Positions 8,250 to 18,721 of a stretch of DNA of 64,000 nt are shown here, in pieces. A program made the position numbers and the translations under genes. The DNA comes from Leptospiraceae bacterium (lineage in GTDB: Bacteria; Spirochaetota; Leptospiria; Leptospirales; Leptospiraceae). A model generated the notes under the pieces. That model searched no databases, was not told the DNA's origin, and worked only from the letters and a program-made list of their open reading frames with translations. Where the stretch lies: positions 128,001 through 192,000 of the forward strand of contig JACKPA010000012.1 of assembly GCA_024233865.1 (NCBI GenBank), read 5' to 3'. How positions within the stretch are numbered: the stretch's first letter is position 1; every line of letters starts with the position of its first letter.

Positions 8250-11200
8250 TCATTTTATAATCAACCAGGTTACAAGCTCAAAATCGTCTACATCTTTTAT
8301 TTGTTCCTTCTTAGATGGAAGGACAGAGTGCCTGCTTGTTGTTAGGGCTAACAGATTCTTTTTCTGAAAGACTCCTACCGTTTCTTCAATGGACTTCACA
8401 AGTAACTTATTGTAAAAATCCATATTTTTTCCGTTATCGGTTTCTTTATTAAATTGGTTACAAAGTTTTTCAATTGGAGATGTGATCCCAACACACAAAG
8501 CTCTATAGATGTCTAAAATCTGCTTGGCATGAGTAAACTTGTAACGAACATCTCCATTTTCTTGAACATAAACAAGATAAAACGGTTGTAAGGGATTCAC
8601 AGATTCAGAACTTGCAGTTCCTACTTTATGCCTTAAGCAAAATATAACTCCAGGAGATACAGTCTTATTTTGTTTATTTTCTATCTCAACTTCTTTTGGG
8701 ACAAGAGAATACAAACCAAAAGGAGTTTCCCTAAGCATTTTTTCATTGGATTGCAAATAGTTTAGTAAATCCACTCGAAAGTCATCCAAAGTAAACTCAC
8801 TAAAAGAAACGTTATCAGTCAAATCATCCAAATCCAGAATTTCTTTTTGTAGCCTCTTTAGCTGTTCATCTCTATAACTCAATTCATCACTTACCATATT
8901 TTCAATTTCTTCGACATTTAAAATATTTTCCTCATTTGTAGCAGTAATGTCTACCAATGCCATTCTAGCTTCCACTCTATGCTTTAACTTGATGTAATTG
9001 TCCAAATCTTCTGTGGGCCAGAAATTAACCAGGTGAACCGAATTATTTTTACTACCTAAACGATCAATCCTACCAAACCTTTGGATAATACGAACAGGAT
9101 TCCAATGAATATCATAATTTATCAGGTAATCACAGTCTTGGAGGTTTTGTCCTTCAGAAATACAATCTGTTGCAAATAGTACATCAATTTCTTCTATAGG
9201 CATTTTATCCAGTTTTTCACGATGTTTTGAAATGGGCGAAAAATTGATTAAAATTTCTTCATATCTAGAACTACCTAAAGTTGTTTTGTTTACACCACTC
9301 CCCAAAACCAAAGCCGTATGAACACCCAACTCTTTGTAAATATGATCTTTCAATTGCTCATAAATGTATATAGCCGTATCAGCATAAGCAGTAAATACTA
9401 AAACTTTTTTATTCGGCTTTCCATCATTATTTTTATTAGGATTTTTTATTTTTTCTGTTATCAAATCTTTCAATTTATGAAGTTTGGCATCTCTAATGGG
9501 AGTAATAGCTTCTGCCTGGTTATACAGAGAAACCAATTGCTCCCTGTCTTTTTCCAAATCTTGAAGCCATTCGTCTACTTTTAAGTCATCCAATTTATAC
9601 ACCAGTTTTTCTCCAATTTCAAATGCTTGTTTCAAATCTTCGTCTTCCATTTCTTCATTGGTTACTATTTCATCTGTTGCATAGCTTGTATTTTTATTAT
9701 CTCTAAATTTCTGATATTCTCTTATTTTATCTTCCAAGGTATCTATCTTTTTAATTGTTCTGTCCAGAGTGATTTTAAAAGAAAAAATAGAACTTTCTAT
9801 TCGTTTCATAAAGTTGGTTTTCATCATTCCTATCAAAAAATATTCCCTTTGACTTTGTGAAAAATTTTTCACCATTCTGGAAACCTTCGTCTCATAGAGC
9901 TGAATTTTCTCTTCTTTTAGATAAGCAAAAGGGTTAAACAAACTCAGTTTATACTTTGTAATTTCTTCATTTACTTTATCATAAGATACAAAGCGATTAT
10001 TCATATCAATCCTAGTTGTAACGGATATAGGTTTGGCTCTTTTTGGGAATTTACCAATTATTTCTAAACTTTCTTTATAATACCTTTCGATATGCTTTCT
10101 TGACCTTGCTATTGTTAATTGGTCTAGCATCTTAAAAAATGAGGATGGTAGTTTTTCCAAAAGTTCTAATGTTCTCCTTTCGGCATTTTTTTTGTGGTCT
10201 GCCCACATAGTAAAGACTTTTTGAGAAGTTATTAAAGTTTGGTTTATGCTTTGGATTCCAATTGTAAATAGATAAGCAGAATCATCTCCCGCAGTTATAA
10301 AGTAAATTTGATTTCTTAAATCTTGCAAGTGAACATTCACAGGAGTAGCAGACAAAAGTAATACCTTTGTTTTCCTTCCTTTTTGAATCACATCTTCCAT
10401 TAATTTTTCATAACGGCTTTTTTTGATTACATTTCCTTCTTCGTCTTTTTTTCCTTTGGTATTATTCCTAAAATTATGCGATTCGTCAATTACTACCAAA
10501 TCAAAGTTTTCCCAATTCAATGTCCTTAAATCAATATCTCCTTGCTTTCCGGAATCTCTGCCAAGATCGGTATGATTCAAAACCATATAACCAAATTTGT
10601 CTTCCAAAAAAGGATTCAATATAGAATTGTTAGCTGCCTGGTAAACTGTCCAATTGTCCCGTAGCTTTTTAGGACAAAGAACAAGAACACGATCATTTCT
10701 TAATTCGTAGTATTTTATAATTGCCAAGGCTTCAAAAGTTTTTCCCAAACCTACGCTATCGGCGATAATGCAACCGTTGTATTGTTCTATTTTATTAATG
10801 GCTGATTTTACACCATCCTTTTGGAATTCGTATAAGGATTTCCATATAAGAGAATCAAAGAAGTGGCTTTTTTCTTCTAATAACTCTAACTTACTTTTGT
10901 CTTGTAAGTATTTCTGAAAGATGTGATATAGAGTTTTGTAATAAATAAACTCAGGAGAATAATCCAAATACAGTTGCTTAAGATATTCAATTACTTCTTC
11001 TTTTACGTCCTCCACTTCCTCACTATTCCAAAGCTCATTAAACCAGCTAAGCAAATCCAATGTATCACGCTTGGAATCTATAATCAGATTAAGTTCAATA
11101 TTAGGATTAGAGCCAAATCCAATACCTCTATTTGTAAAATTGGAGCTACCCATTATAGCATGGGATAACCCACTTGGTTCATGAATATGATATAGTTTCC

Positions 11201-11582
11201 CATGCAGAAAATTACTTTTTTTAACGGATTTGATTTCTACTTTTTTAGCTATCCATTCCTCACAATCTCTTGCTATTTTACTTTGCTCTAGACGGTTGGA
11301 AAGAGATAAACCATGGTCTTCAATATCAAAAGATTTTTTATCAGTTTTGTCTGGGTCTAATGATTTGGTAAACCTGGGTTCTCCAAACAAAAATCTCAAT
11401 TCGGAAATGCTCTCAAGTCTATCTTTCAATTGATAATAGGCGTAAATTGTAAAAAAGGCGGAAACGAAAGATAATTTGGATTCTTCTACAATCGTTTTTT
11501 CTAAGAATTCCCCTACACTTCCATTTTTTCGATTATCCCTTATGTTAGAAAAACTGATATTTTGCTGGTTAAATTTTTGCAA
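8250..11582 (-). CDS. Phospholipase-D-family nuclease fused to an SNF2-family ATPase/helicase (1110 aa); putative defense protein
   Basis: The N-terminus HGKLYHIHEPSGLSHAIMGSSNFTNRG is an HxK...GSxN PLD motif. The SNF2 N-domain carries CIIADSVGLGKTFEALAII (Walker A) and DLVVIDESHNFRN (DEAH-like). Helicase_C carries LVFTAYADTA...FATDCISEGQNLQDCDYLINYDIHWNPVRIIQRFGRIDRLGS (motifs IV-VI). Confidence 0.8.
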   Translation of the reverse strand: MQKFNQQNISFSNIRDNRKNGSVGEFLEKTIVEESKLSFVSAFFTIYAYYQLKDRLESISELRFLFGEPRFTKSLDPDKTDKKSFDIEDHGLSLSNRLEQSKIARDCEEWIAKKVEIKSVKKSNFLHGKLYHIHEPSGLSHAIMGSSNFTNRGIGFGSNPNIELNLIIDSKRDTLDLLSWFNELWNSEEVEDVKEEVIEYLKQLYLDYSPEFIYYKTLYHIFQKYLQDKSKLELLEEKSHFFDSLIWKSLYEFQKDGVKSAINKIEQYNGCIIADSVGLGKTFEALAIIKYYELRNDRVLVLCPKKLRDNWTVYQAANNSILNPFLEDKFGYMVLNHTDLGRDSGKQGDIDLRTLNWENFDLVVIDESHNFRNNTKGKKDEEGNVIKKSRYEKLMEDVIQKGRKTKVLLLSATPVNVHLQDLRNQIYFITAGDDSAYLFTIGIQSINQTLITSQKVFTMWADHKKNAERRTLELLEKLPSSFFKMLDQLTIARSRKHIERYYKESLEIIGKFPKRAKPISVTTRIDMNNRFVSYDKVNEEITKYKLSLFNPFAYLKEEKIQLYETKVSRMVKNFSQSQREYFLIGMMKTNFMKRIESSIFSFKITLDRTIKKIDTLEDKIREYQKFRDNKNTSYATDEIVTNEEMEDEDLKQAFEIGEKLVYKLDDLKVDEWLQDLEKDREQLVSLYNQAEAITPIRDAKLHKLKDLITEKIKNPNKNNDGKPNKKVLVFTAYADTAIYIYEQLKDHIYKELGVHTALVLGSGVNKTTLGSSRYEEILINFSPISKHREKLDKMPIEEIDVLFATDCISEGQNLQDCDYLINYDIHWNPVRIIQRFGRIDRLGSKNNSVHLVNFWPTEDLDNYIKLKHRVEARMALVDITATNEENILNVEEIENMVSDELSYRDEQLKRLQKEILDLDDLTDNVSFSEFTLDDFRVDLLNYLQSNEKMLRETPFGLYSLVPKEVEIENKQNKTVSPGVIFCLRHKVGTASSESVNPLQPFYLVYVQENGDVRYKFTHAKQILDIYRALCVGITSPIEKLCNQFNKETDNGKNMDFYNKLLVKSIEETVGVFQKKNLLALTTSRHSVLPSKKEQIKDVDDFELVTWLIIK

Positions 11583-11669
11583 ACTAAGATCCTGTAAAAG
11601 TAGTATATATATATCTTTTTCGGGTTATTATTAAAGAAATATTAGTATTTTACACATTTCCGAAAAACA

Positions 11670-12329
11670 TCAAAATCTATACAATTCATCAGGAAATCCG
11701 GTAGAATCAAAGCATTTACTTTCCAGTAGGTTAAAAGAAACAACCGTAAAATGTGGTTTTAAGGCTTCCATATAGAAATGTAAAGGTCTTTGGTAGGCGT
11801 ACGGGTCGTTAAACCCAAGTTCTTTTTTCATGCGATCATAGTCCTTGTCGGTTGGAACTGAAAAATACAAATACTTTGTAATTCGAGAAAGTTTTTGAAA
11901 CATATTTTCTATATCTCTTCCTATGTATTGAAATACGGAATTACATATGGTGAAATCCAGTGGATTTTGTTCTATATTCAAAATAGTAAAGTCTTGGATT
12001 GAGGAGTGTATTATAGAAATATCCAAGCCACTAATCCACCTCGATTTGCTGAGTTTGTCTACCATTTCCCAGGAAGGCTCTATGGCATACACCTTATCCG
12101 GTTTTAGCAATTTCACAAAGTCTTCTAAAAGGTTTGCTTTTCCAAAACCAAAATCTGCCATAGAATACACCTCTATCTCACAAAGCGTAAATAGGGAAGC
12201 AATATAACGGGCGTGGTCTTTGGAATTATATGTTCCGTCAATGTCTATTTCATCTCGATAAACGGTTTTCCAGTATTTTTTATCAAAGGCAAGACCATTG
12301 GCAGCTGATGTAAGAACGGAATGTTTCAC
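11670..12329 (-). CDS. Class I SAM-dependent methyltransferase
   Basis: MADFGFGKANLL fits a glycine-rich SAM-binding motif I. The 4-nt overlap (ATGA) with the upstream membrane-protein gene suggests translational coupling. Confidence 0.55.
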   Translation of the reverse strand: MKHSVLTSAANGLAFDKKYWKTVYRDEIDIDGTYNSKDHARYIASLFTLCEIEVYSMADFGFGKANLLEDFVKLLKPDKVYAIEPSWEMVDKLSKSRWISGLDISIIHSSIQDFTILNIEQNPLDFTICNSVFQYIGRDIENMFQKLSRITKYLYFSVPTDKDYDRMKKELGFNDPYAYQRPLHFYMEALKPHFTVVSFNLLESKCFDSTGFPDELYRF

Positions 12330-13651
12330 ACTTCGTTTACAACAATAGATAGGGATATAATATCGGTCATAATTTTTTTCATTTTATCATAAGGTGTTGG
12401 CTGATAAAAGTCCTGAATGGATTTTAAAAGGTCTTCTTTTACAGCAGAATATTTGTCGCTATTGTAGATTCTTTGCATAAATTCTTTATTTACTAGTACG
12501 CTATTGGTATCTAATGAGATAAACAAGGTGTCTTTTGTTTTGAATCCTTTGTTGATCGAACTGGCTGTTTCTTGATTTAAGCCATTTACAATCAAAAAGT
12601 CATCTTTTTGCATTTCGGATATGTGGTTGAATTCAATCTTTTCTCCATAAAAAAAGTATACAATATCGCTAAAAGTTGCTGAGCCATAAACCTTTTGTTC
12701 AGGTTTCATAACTTTGGTTCGTAAGGAGGTGAGTAACCTGCCTTGTTGTATCATCTTTTCCGTATTCAAAGAACCTTTGTGGTTGTATGAAAAATAAACG
12801 GAAATTCCGATTAATACAATCACAACAAAAAGGGACTTGCGGTTTGTTAATTCTTTCTCCTTTTCCAGTAGAATATGCGTAAAAAGAATCAACAAAAAAA
12901 TCGGAACAAACTGAATTAAAATATTTCTTACCTTAATAAATAAAAATTGAAACGAATTGCTTCCAAAAAATTCAAAAGAACCTAGTACTACAATTAATGA
13001 GACCATAAAACCACCATAAGCCAATAAGACAGTTAAAGGAATGTTTTTCTTTTTATAAAATACTGTTATTCTGGTTTGTCTCATTTCTTTGATGCAATAT
13101 ACTGTGATGTAAACGGAAAATACGACTAAAAACATAACAAAATTCGACAAGAAGCCTAAGATGGTCAGTATACTCATTACAATCAAATCTATAAACGTTT
13201 CCAATCTGGAATAGATATAAAGAACTTGAATTATAATAAGACATAACAATTCACCGCTATATTGAAAGGGAAGGTTTACAGATAAAGGTGAAAATGCGAT
13301 TAAGTATAATAAAAAATAGTGATTTAGCTTCCAGATTTCCTTACGGAAAATTAACATACACAAATGTAAAAATACACTGTATAAAATAGAAAGATAGATT
13401 TTATAGGCTAAAAGATAATTCAAACCCGTTATATTTTTCCAATAATATGTAGTAATTGCCGGTAGAGGCTCTCCGTACCTTCGAGCTTGTCCTTCTTCCA
13501 TAATGGATTTTAAATTGGCGAGGTCAAAATACGCATTTGCGTGTCTTGGCTCTCCACGAAAATTGTATAAAGTACTCAAAACTACGCATAAAAACAATAT
13601 GGAAAGAATAATATTCAAAGGACTAACGGGTTGGCTTTTTTTATATATCAT
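12326..13651 (-). CDS. Polytopic integral membrane protein (~10 predicted TM helices), function unknown
   Basis: 441 aa dominated by hydrophobic helices, in an operon with the methyltransferase. Confidence 0.45.
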   Translation of the reverse strand: MIYKKSQPVSPLNIILSILFLCVVLSTLYNFRGEPRHANAYFDLANLKSIMEEGQARRYGEPLPAITTYYWKNITGLNYLLAYKIYLSILYSVFLHLCMLIFRKEIWKLNHYFLLYLIAFSPLSVNLPFQYSGELLCLIIIQVLYIYSRLETFIDLIVMSILTILGFLSNFVMFLVVFSVYITVYCIKEMRQTRITVFYKKKNIPLTVLLAYGGFMVSLIVVLGSFEFFGSNSFQFLFIKVRNILIQFVPIFLLILFTHILLEKEKELTNRKSLFVVIVLIGISVYFSYNHKGSLNTEKMIQQGRLLTSLRTKVMKPEQKVYGSATFSDIVYFFYGEKIEFNHISEMQKDDFLIVNGLNQETASSINKGFKTKDTLFISLDTNSVLVNKEFMQRIYNSDKYSAVKEDLLKSIQDFYQPTPYDKMKKIMTDIISLSIVVNEV

Positions 13652-13978
13652 ACTACCTATCCATAAAAACTACCTAATTTTATAGTGACATTCTTTTTGG
13701 TTATTTTTTTGTGTATAGTAAATTTATATGGATTATCAACTTATTTTAGGACTTGATGTTATCATTGAATCTTTTTTTCTAATATACCTCTTAATTCCAT
13801 GATTCTAAAGCCAATGCTTTGGAAAAAGAAAAATCCCTAAGTGTAACAACTTAGTTTTATCCTTTTTTGACTGAAGTAATCTTTTTTTCTCTACTAAAAA
13901 TAGTATCAATATGATAAATGCTTTAAACCATAAATATGTAAAAAAAAATAGGTTTATAAGGTGTTATTGGAGTATTGA

Positions 13979-15034
13979 ATGAAAAAGTGGAAAGTAGGTA
14001 TATTGGGTGCTACAGGTTCTGTTGGGCAAAGGTTTGTTCAATTGTTGGAAAACCATGAGTTTTTTGAAGTTACACATCTCGCAGCCTCAGACAAAAGCGC
14101 TGGAAATGTTTATGGTGATGTTATGGCTTCTAGATGGAAGGTTTCCAATAACATACCGGAATATGCAAAAAAAATTAAAGTTAGTAAATGCTCTCCTTCG
14201 GATACACCTGGGGTTAATCTCGTTTTTTCCGGTTTGGATAGCAGTATAGCCGGAGAAGTTGAGACGGAATACGCAAAAGCAGGGATTATGGTTATTTCCA
14301 ATTCCAAAAATCATCGAAATGATACGGATGTACCGATTCTTTCTGCGGAAGTAAATCCGGGGCATTTGGAAATTTTAAACTACCAAGCAACACCGGGTAA
14401 AATTATTACAAATTCAAACTGTACAATTATGGGAGTTACAATCACCCTTAAACCGATTTTTGAAAAATTTGGAATTGAATCCGTTGTTTTATTTTCGATG
14501 CAAGCTATTTCTGGAGCCGGTTATCCTGGGGTTCCCTCGTTAGATATTTTAGGAAATGTTGTTCCTCACATAGGCGGAGAAGAGGAAAAAGCTGAATTTG
14601 AACCTCTAAAATGCCTTGGAAAATTGGAAAACGGTCAAATTGTGCCGGCTGATTTTAAAATATCAGCTCATTGCAACAGGGTACCTGTTATAGACGGTCA
14701 TACTGTTTGTGTATCAATAAAACTAAAAAAACAAGCCACAATAGAAGAAATCAAAAAGGTGTGGAATGAGTTTGAAGGTGAACCACAAAAACTAAAGTTA
14801 CCTTCTGCTCCTGCAAAAGTGATAGATTATAGAGAAGAAATAGACAGACCACAACCAAGGCTTGATTTAATGAGTGGAAATGGAATGGCTACCACAGTTG
14901 GTAGATTACGAAAAGATACTGTATTGGATTTTAAATACGTGCTCTTAAGCCACAATACTATTCGGGGGGCGGCTGGAGCAGCAATCCTAAATGCTGAATT
15001 GATTTACAAAAAAGGATTAAATAAGGCAGGATAA
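13979..15034 (+). CDS. asd: Aspartate-semialdehyde dehydrogenase
   Basis: [14 protein letters not shown] Rossmann motif, active-site region [14 protein letters not shown], 351 aa. Confidence 0.8.
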   Translation: MKKWKVGILGATGSVGQRFVQLLENHEFFEVTHLAASDKSAGNVYGDVMASRWKVSNNIPEYAKKIKVSKCSPSDTPGVNLVFSGLDSSIAGEVETEYAKAGIMVISNSKNHRNDTDVPILSAEVNPGHLEILNYQATPGKIITNSNCTIMGVTITLKPIFEKFGIESVVLFSMQAISGAGYPGVPSLDILGNVVPHIGGEEEKAEFEPLKCLGKLENGQIVPADFKISAHCNRVPVIDGHTVCVSIKLKKQATIEEIKKVWNEFEGEPQKLKLPSAPAKVIDYREEIDRPQPRLDLMSGNGMATTVGRLRKDTVLDFKYVLLSHNTIRGAAGAAILNAELIYKKGLNKAG

Positions 15035-15039
15035 AGAAA

Positions 15040-16995
15040 TTGACAGAAGCCAATAAACAAGTCGTACAGGTAACGGATTATGCACAGGCTTTACAATCAG
15101 TGCAAGGTCTAGAGTCTAGAGGGGATTTTCAATTCAGAGGTGTTCATAAATTTTTCATGACAATTCATGAATGGACGGAGAAATACTCAACAAACAAAAC
15201 TCTTCCTACGGTTGAGCAGCTCATGAAAAATGTGGGGTTAGAAAAAGAGCAAGTAGACCTTTTTGTGAATGAAATATGTATTAAAAGAAACCCACCTCTT
15301 ATCAAAAAAATATCTACCATTGAGTACGTTCCCAATTCATCAGCAAAATCCGAAATATTGTCGAATTTATTGAAACCTATAACAGTATTTGCAAGACCAA
15401 CCGTTATTGATGCAGGTTCGGCACATCGGTATGTACTGGGTTGTAATGAATCATCAGCAGAGGCAATAAAAAATTGTATAAAAAATAATCGAGTTCCTTA
15501 CAAAGGGGACAAATTTCGAGATTTAATATTTTCAAAAATTAATTCCAATAAATTAAGTGATACCTATGCTTCTGCGGATATTGGAAATTTGTTTACTTGT
15601 CCCTACAATACAACCAAAGATCTTAAGCAAGAAACGATCAATATGCATTTGAAACCAGTATTAAAAAAGCTAATCGAAGATAAAACACTTTTGTTTTTTC
15701 GGAATGAAAACGCTTCCAAATCCGGTAATAAGTCGATATTTCTATACAATAATAAAGAAGAAATCGTTGAAAGAGTTGATATATACTTGCAGTATTTGAA
15801 AAAGAATATCGTCCCTTTACTTCAAAGGATTGGAGTTATATCCCAAATTTCAGAAGAGGAATATGCCGAGTTCAATACTCTAGCGGAAACTCTTCTAACC
15901 TATATGGATGAATCGTATGCCGATCAAAGGACAATGGTTGGAGAGTTGATTGTTTTGTATAAATTCTATGAGCAATTTACTGAAGATTCTGTTAAAAAGA
16001 ACGTTCGAGAAAAGTTAAACGAAGTATTGAGTTTATTGGAAAATGCCGGAAAAATGGTTGACATATCTGCCATTCGGATCAATGGAGAGCCACTTCCTCA
16101 AGAGATTGTGCCTCTTTTGATTTCCAATGAAAATATTTTACATGCTGAGTATGATGATAACAGGAATTATTATGAATTCATTCTCCATAAAAAGTGTGTA
16201 AAACAAGCAATTGCCCAAGCCAAGAAAGTCTATAATTCTACCGGTGTTGATACGGATGTTAGAATTTTAAATAAAATGAATGTTATGAAGCTCTTGGATA
16301 AGGACGAGCAAAAAGAGTTTATCGGTGTGGAATCTGAAAGTTTGTTTAAATACCTACCTTTTTTGGTAAGGATGTGGAGACGATTATTCGGAAATATTTT
16401 TGTAACAAAAGAAGAAGCCCAAGCCATTCGCGTTCAATTGGAAATGGAGCAAAAAAAGAGGATTATCGAATCCAAGCAGAAGGTTATTGAAAAAGAAAAG
16501 TCAAAACTTGCTGAGGAAAGAATCAAACGAAAAGAAACAACGGAAAAAGTGGAAAAAGAAGAAGCTATTTCCATGAGTAGCGAAAGCGGGGAAGGTATCA
16601 ACTTTGATGATGAAAAAGAGGTCAGAAACGTTCAGCAAAAAATAGCAACTATTCTTGATTACGCTTGGGATTCTAAAATACTGCCCGATAGGGAATATCT
16701 TTTGGAAAATTTAGGGAATTTGATGACCGAAAATCAACTGATATTTTTCCTTAAAAAGTTTTCGCAAAAAGATATTTTATCTTTTCAGATTAAATCAAAA
16801 TCGAATAACGTTACAAAATACAAATGGCCTATTTTGGTTAGCAGAAGTTACCTAAAAAGAAATGGGCAAAAATTATTGGATAACGCTAAAAAGCAAACTG
16901 ACGAGCAAAGGAAATCTCTAATGCCTGACCAGGATAAGTTTGATGTTTATAATTCCATAGAGGATTTTTTGAATAAAATTATTTATAAAATATAA
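15040..16995 (+). CDS. Hypothetical protein (651 aa) with a Lys/Glu-rich coiled-coil segment
   Basis: Long ORF with normal codon usage and no recognisable catalytic motif. A KE-rich heptad region lies at ~aa 470-520. Confidence 0.45.
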   Translation: MTEANKQVVQVTDYAQALQSVQGLESRGDFQFRGVHKFFMTIHEWTEKYSTNKTLPTVEQLMKNVGLEKEQVDLFVNEICIKRNPPLIKKISTIEYVPNSSAKSEILSNLLKPITVFARPTVIDAGSAHRYVLGCNESSAEAIKNCIKNNRVPYKGDKFRDLIFSKINSNKLSDTYASADIGNLFTCPYNTTKDLKQETINMHLKPVLKKLIEDKTLLFFRNENASKSGNKSIFLYNNKEEIVERVDIYLQYLKKNIVPLLQRIGVISQISEEEYAEFNTLAETLLTYMDESYADQRTMVGELIVLYKFYEQFTEDSVKKNVREKLNEVLSLLENAGKMVDISAIRINGEPLPQEIVPLLISNENILHAEYDDNRNYYEFILHKKCVKQAIAQAKKVYNSTGVDTDVRILNKMNVMKLLDKDEQKEFIGVESESLFKYLPFLVRMWRRLFGNIFVTKEEAQAIRVQLEMEQKKRIIESKQKVIEKEKSKLAEERIKRKETTEKVEKEEAISMSSESGEGINFDDEKEVRNVQQKIATILDYAWDSKILPDREYLLENLGNLMTENQLIFFLKKFSQKDILSFQIKSKSNNVTKYKWPILVSRSYLKRNGQKLLDNAKKQTDEQRKSLMPDQDKFDVYNSIEDFLNKIIYKI

Positions 16996-17002
16996 AACCT
17001 GA

Positions 17003-18166
17003 TTATTTTTTTAGCATATATAGGGTAATTACTATTAGAGGGATATTTTTGCTTAATACTCCAAAAGGGTGAATCCAATAGCGTGGTGCTAAAAAACTAA
17101 GGATCAAAGTATATATTCCGACAAAAAGTAGCTGAAATACTAGAATAAAGCTTCGGTATTTTTTTGAGAATGTTGCAAATCCTAATACAATGTCAACAAA
17201 GCTACCTAACAAAATAAATATTACGGACGTATTATAGTTTGCACCAATCTCTTTCATTAAAGAATAGCTTTGCTCCCAAGAAATTAGAGAGCTAATACCC
17301 GACCAAACCCAAACATATATAACGGTAAGTAGTGCAAATAAGTCAAGAAATGTAGTTCCGGCTTTTAAATCATTCGGGTTTATTTTGGAGCTTGTTTTTT
17401 CAAACATAGGTTTATAATCATGAGTGGAGATAGTTTGAATCATTTTTAACATCTCTCGATTGAAAATCCCAATCGATATTTTGGGAAATATTCGAAAAAG
17501 GAAAGTGAGTAAAAAATTGGAAATGGGAATAAATAAACCCTTATGCCCTTTGATGGCAGAAAGCAAATCCTCTAAAGATTCCGGCTCTGACAAAGCAAAA
17601 ACTTGTTTTGGGTAGTTGTTGAAATTTTCTACTGTGTCTTGTAGTAGGGTTGTTAGTTGCTCTATGTGAATACTTGGAAGAGAACATTTGAGAACTGGAA
17701 TTATTGGAAGGTGTGCTAACTCGGTAAAAAACTGCGTACTTTTTCCATTTTGACCGATCACAATTCCCGGATAAATTACGATAGTTTGTTCTTGTTTCAA
17801 CAAAAAATCGTCTACAATTTTTTTGGATTTTAAAAATTCTGTGGGTGGAACATCTTTTTCAGCTCCAATGGCTGAAATATTAATAATCTTTATATGTTTT
17901 TTTACACAAGTTGAAAACAGGCTTAAGGGTGTTTTGGTTTGGATACGTTCAAAATCACCTTCAATAATTCCTATGGCATTAATTACTAAATCTATATCTT
18001 TAAGGACATATTCCCAGTCATTTTCCTTTGAGAAGTCCACGAATTTCCAATTGCCATAACTTTCCAAACGTTGCCTACTAGCAAGAGTTATATTGTGTAT
18101 GGAAACTAATTTATGAAAAACACTATTTCCGATAAATCCGGTAGCACCTAAAATAAGTATATTCAT
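17003..18166 (-). CDS. NAD(P)-binding (NmrA/SDR-like) domain fused to a C-terminal multi-TM (DoxX-like) domain
   Basis: MNILILGATGFIGNSV Rossmann start. The C-terminal ~110 aa has four hydrophobic helices. Confidence 0.55.
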   Translation of the reverse strand: MNILILGATGFIGNSVFHKLVSIHNITLASRQRLESYGNWKFVDFSKENDWEYVLKDIDLVINAIGIIEGDFERIQTKTPLSLFSTCVKKHIKIINISAIGAEKDVPPTEFLKSKKIVDDFLLKQEQTIVIYPGIVIGQNGKSTQFFTELAHLPIIPVLKCSLPSIHIEQLTTLLQDTVENFNNYPKQVFALSEPESLEDLLSAIKGHKGLFIPISNFLLTFLFRIFPKISIGIFNREMLKMIQTISTHDYKPMFEKTSSKINPNDLKAGTTFLDLFALLTVIYVWVWSGISSLISWEQSYSLMKEIGANYNTSVIFILLGSFVDIVLGFATFSKKYRSFILVFQLLFVGIYTLILSFLAPRYWIHPFGVLSKNIPLIVITLYMLKK

Positions 18167-18167
18167 C

Positions 18168-18656
18168 TTATAGAAACGCCTTATAAACCATTAAATAATA
18201 AAGGTACAAAGAAGCTGCAAAAGAAGGTATTCCTAGATAAAACCAAAAATTCATTAGTTTATGAAATTCGGGAGTAATTTCGTTTTTCTCTTCAATGATT
18301 TCACTTAATTTATTTTGAATAAAGACAGTTCTTATCCAAAGAACAAAAACAACAAAGCTGATAGAGAGTACTATCCAAAACCACCTGGTGTACTGATATC
18401 CGATCATGTAAGATAAAACAACTCCCGTTATCAATTGAATGATTACGGATGGTGTTGTAAAAATTTTATCTGCAAAAATTACCAATTTTAAAACGTGCTT
18501 TAGAGTTTCGATAGAATTAGAAGTTTTATAGGTGAAGTATAAATAGAAGGCACTTCCAAAACCGGTTCCAATCATTAATGTTGCACTTAGAATATGGATT
18601 AATTTAAAAAACGGATAGTTCATAATTTCATTTTTAAACCTTATAACCAAATACAA
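18168..18656 (-). CDS. Small integral membrane protein (DUF2269-like)
   Basis: 162 aa, four TM helices, 2-nt gap to the upstream gene. Confidence 0.4.
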   Translation of the reverse strand: MYLVIRFKNEIMNYPFFKLIHILSATLMIGTGFGSAFYLYFTYKTSNSIETLKHVLKLVIFADKIFTTPSVIIQLITGVVLSYMIGYQYTRWFWIVLSISFVVFVLWIRTVFIQNKLSEIIEEKNEITPEFHKLMNFWFYLGIPSFAASLYLYYLMVYKAFL

Positions 18657-18721
18657 AACCTATTTTGTCAATGACAATTTTTATAGTAAGAAATTTAAAG
18701 TTAAAATAGGTCTATCTAAAA

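Noticed and set aside
9627-11433. Small plus-strand ORFs inside the PLD-SNF2 gene
   Set aside because: They are antisense to a 1110-aa ORF with clear helicase motifs. They are composition artefacts of AT-rich DNA.
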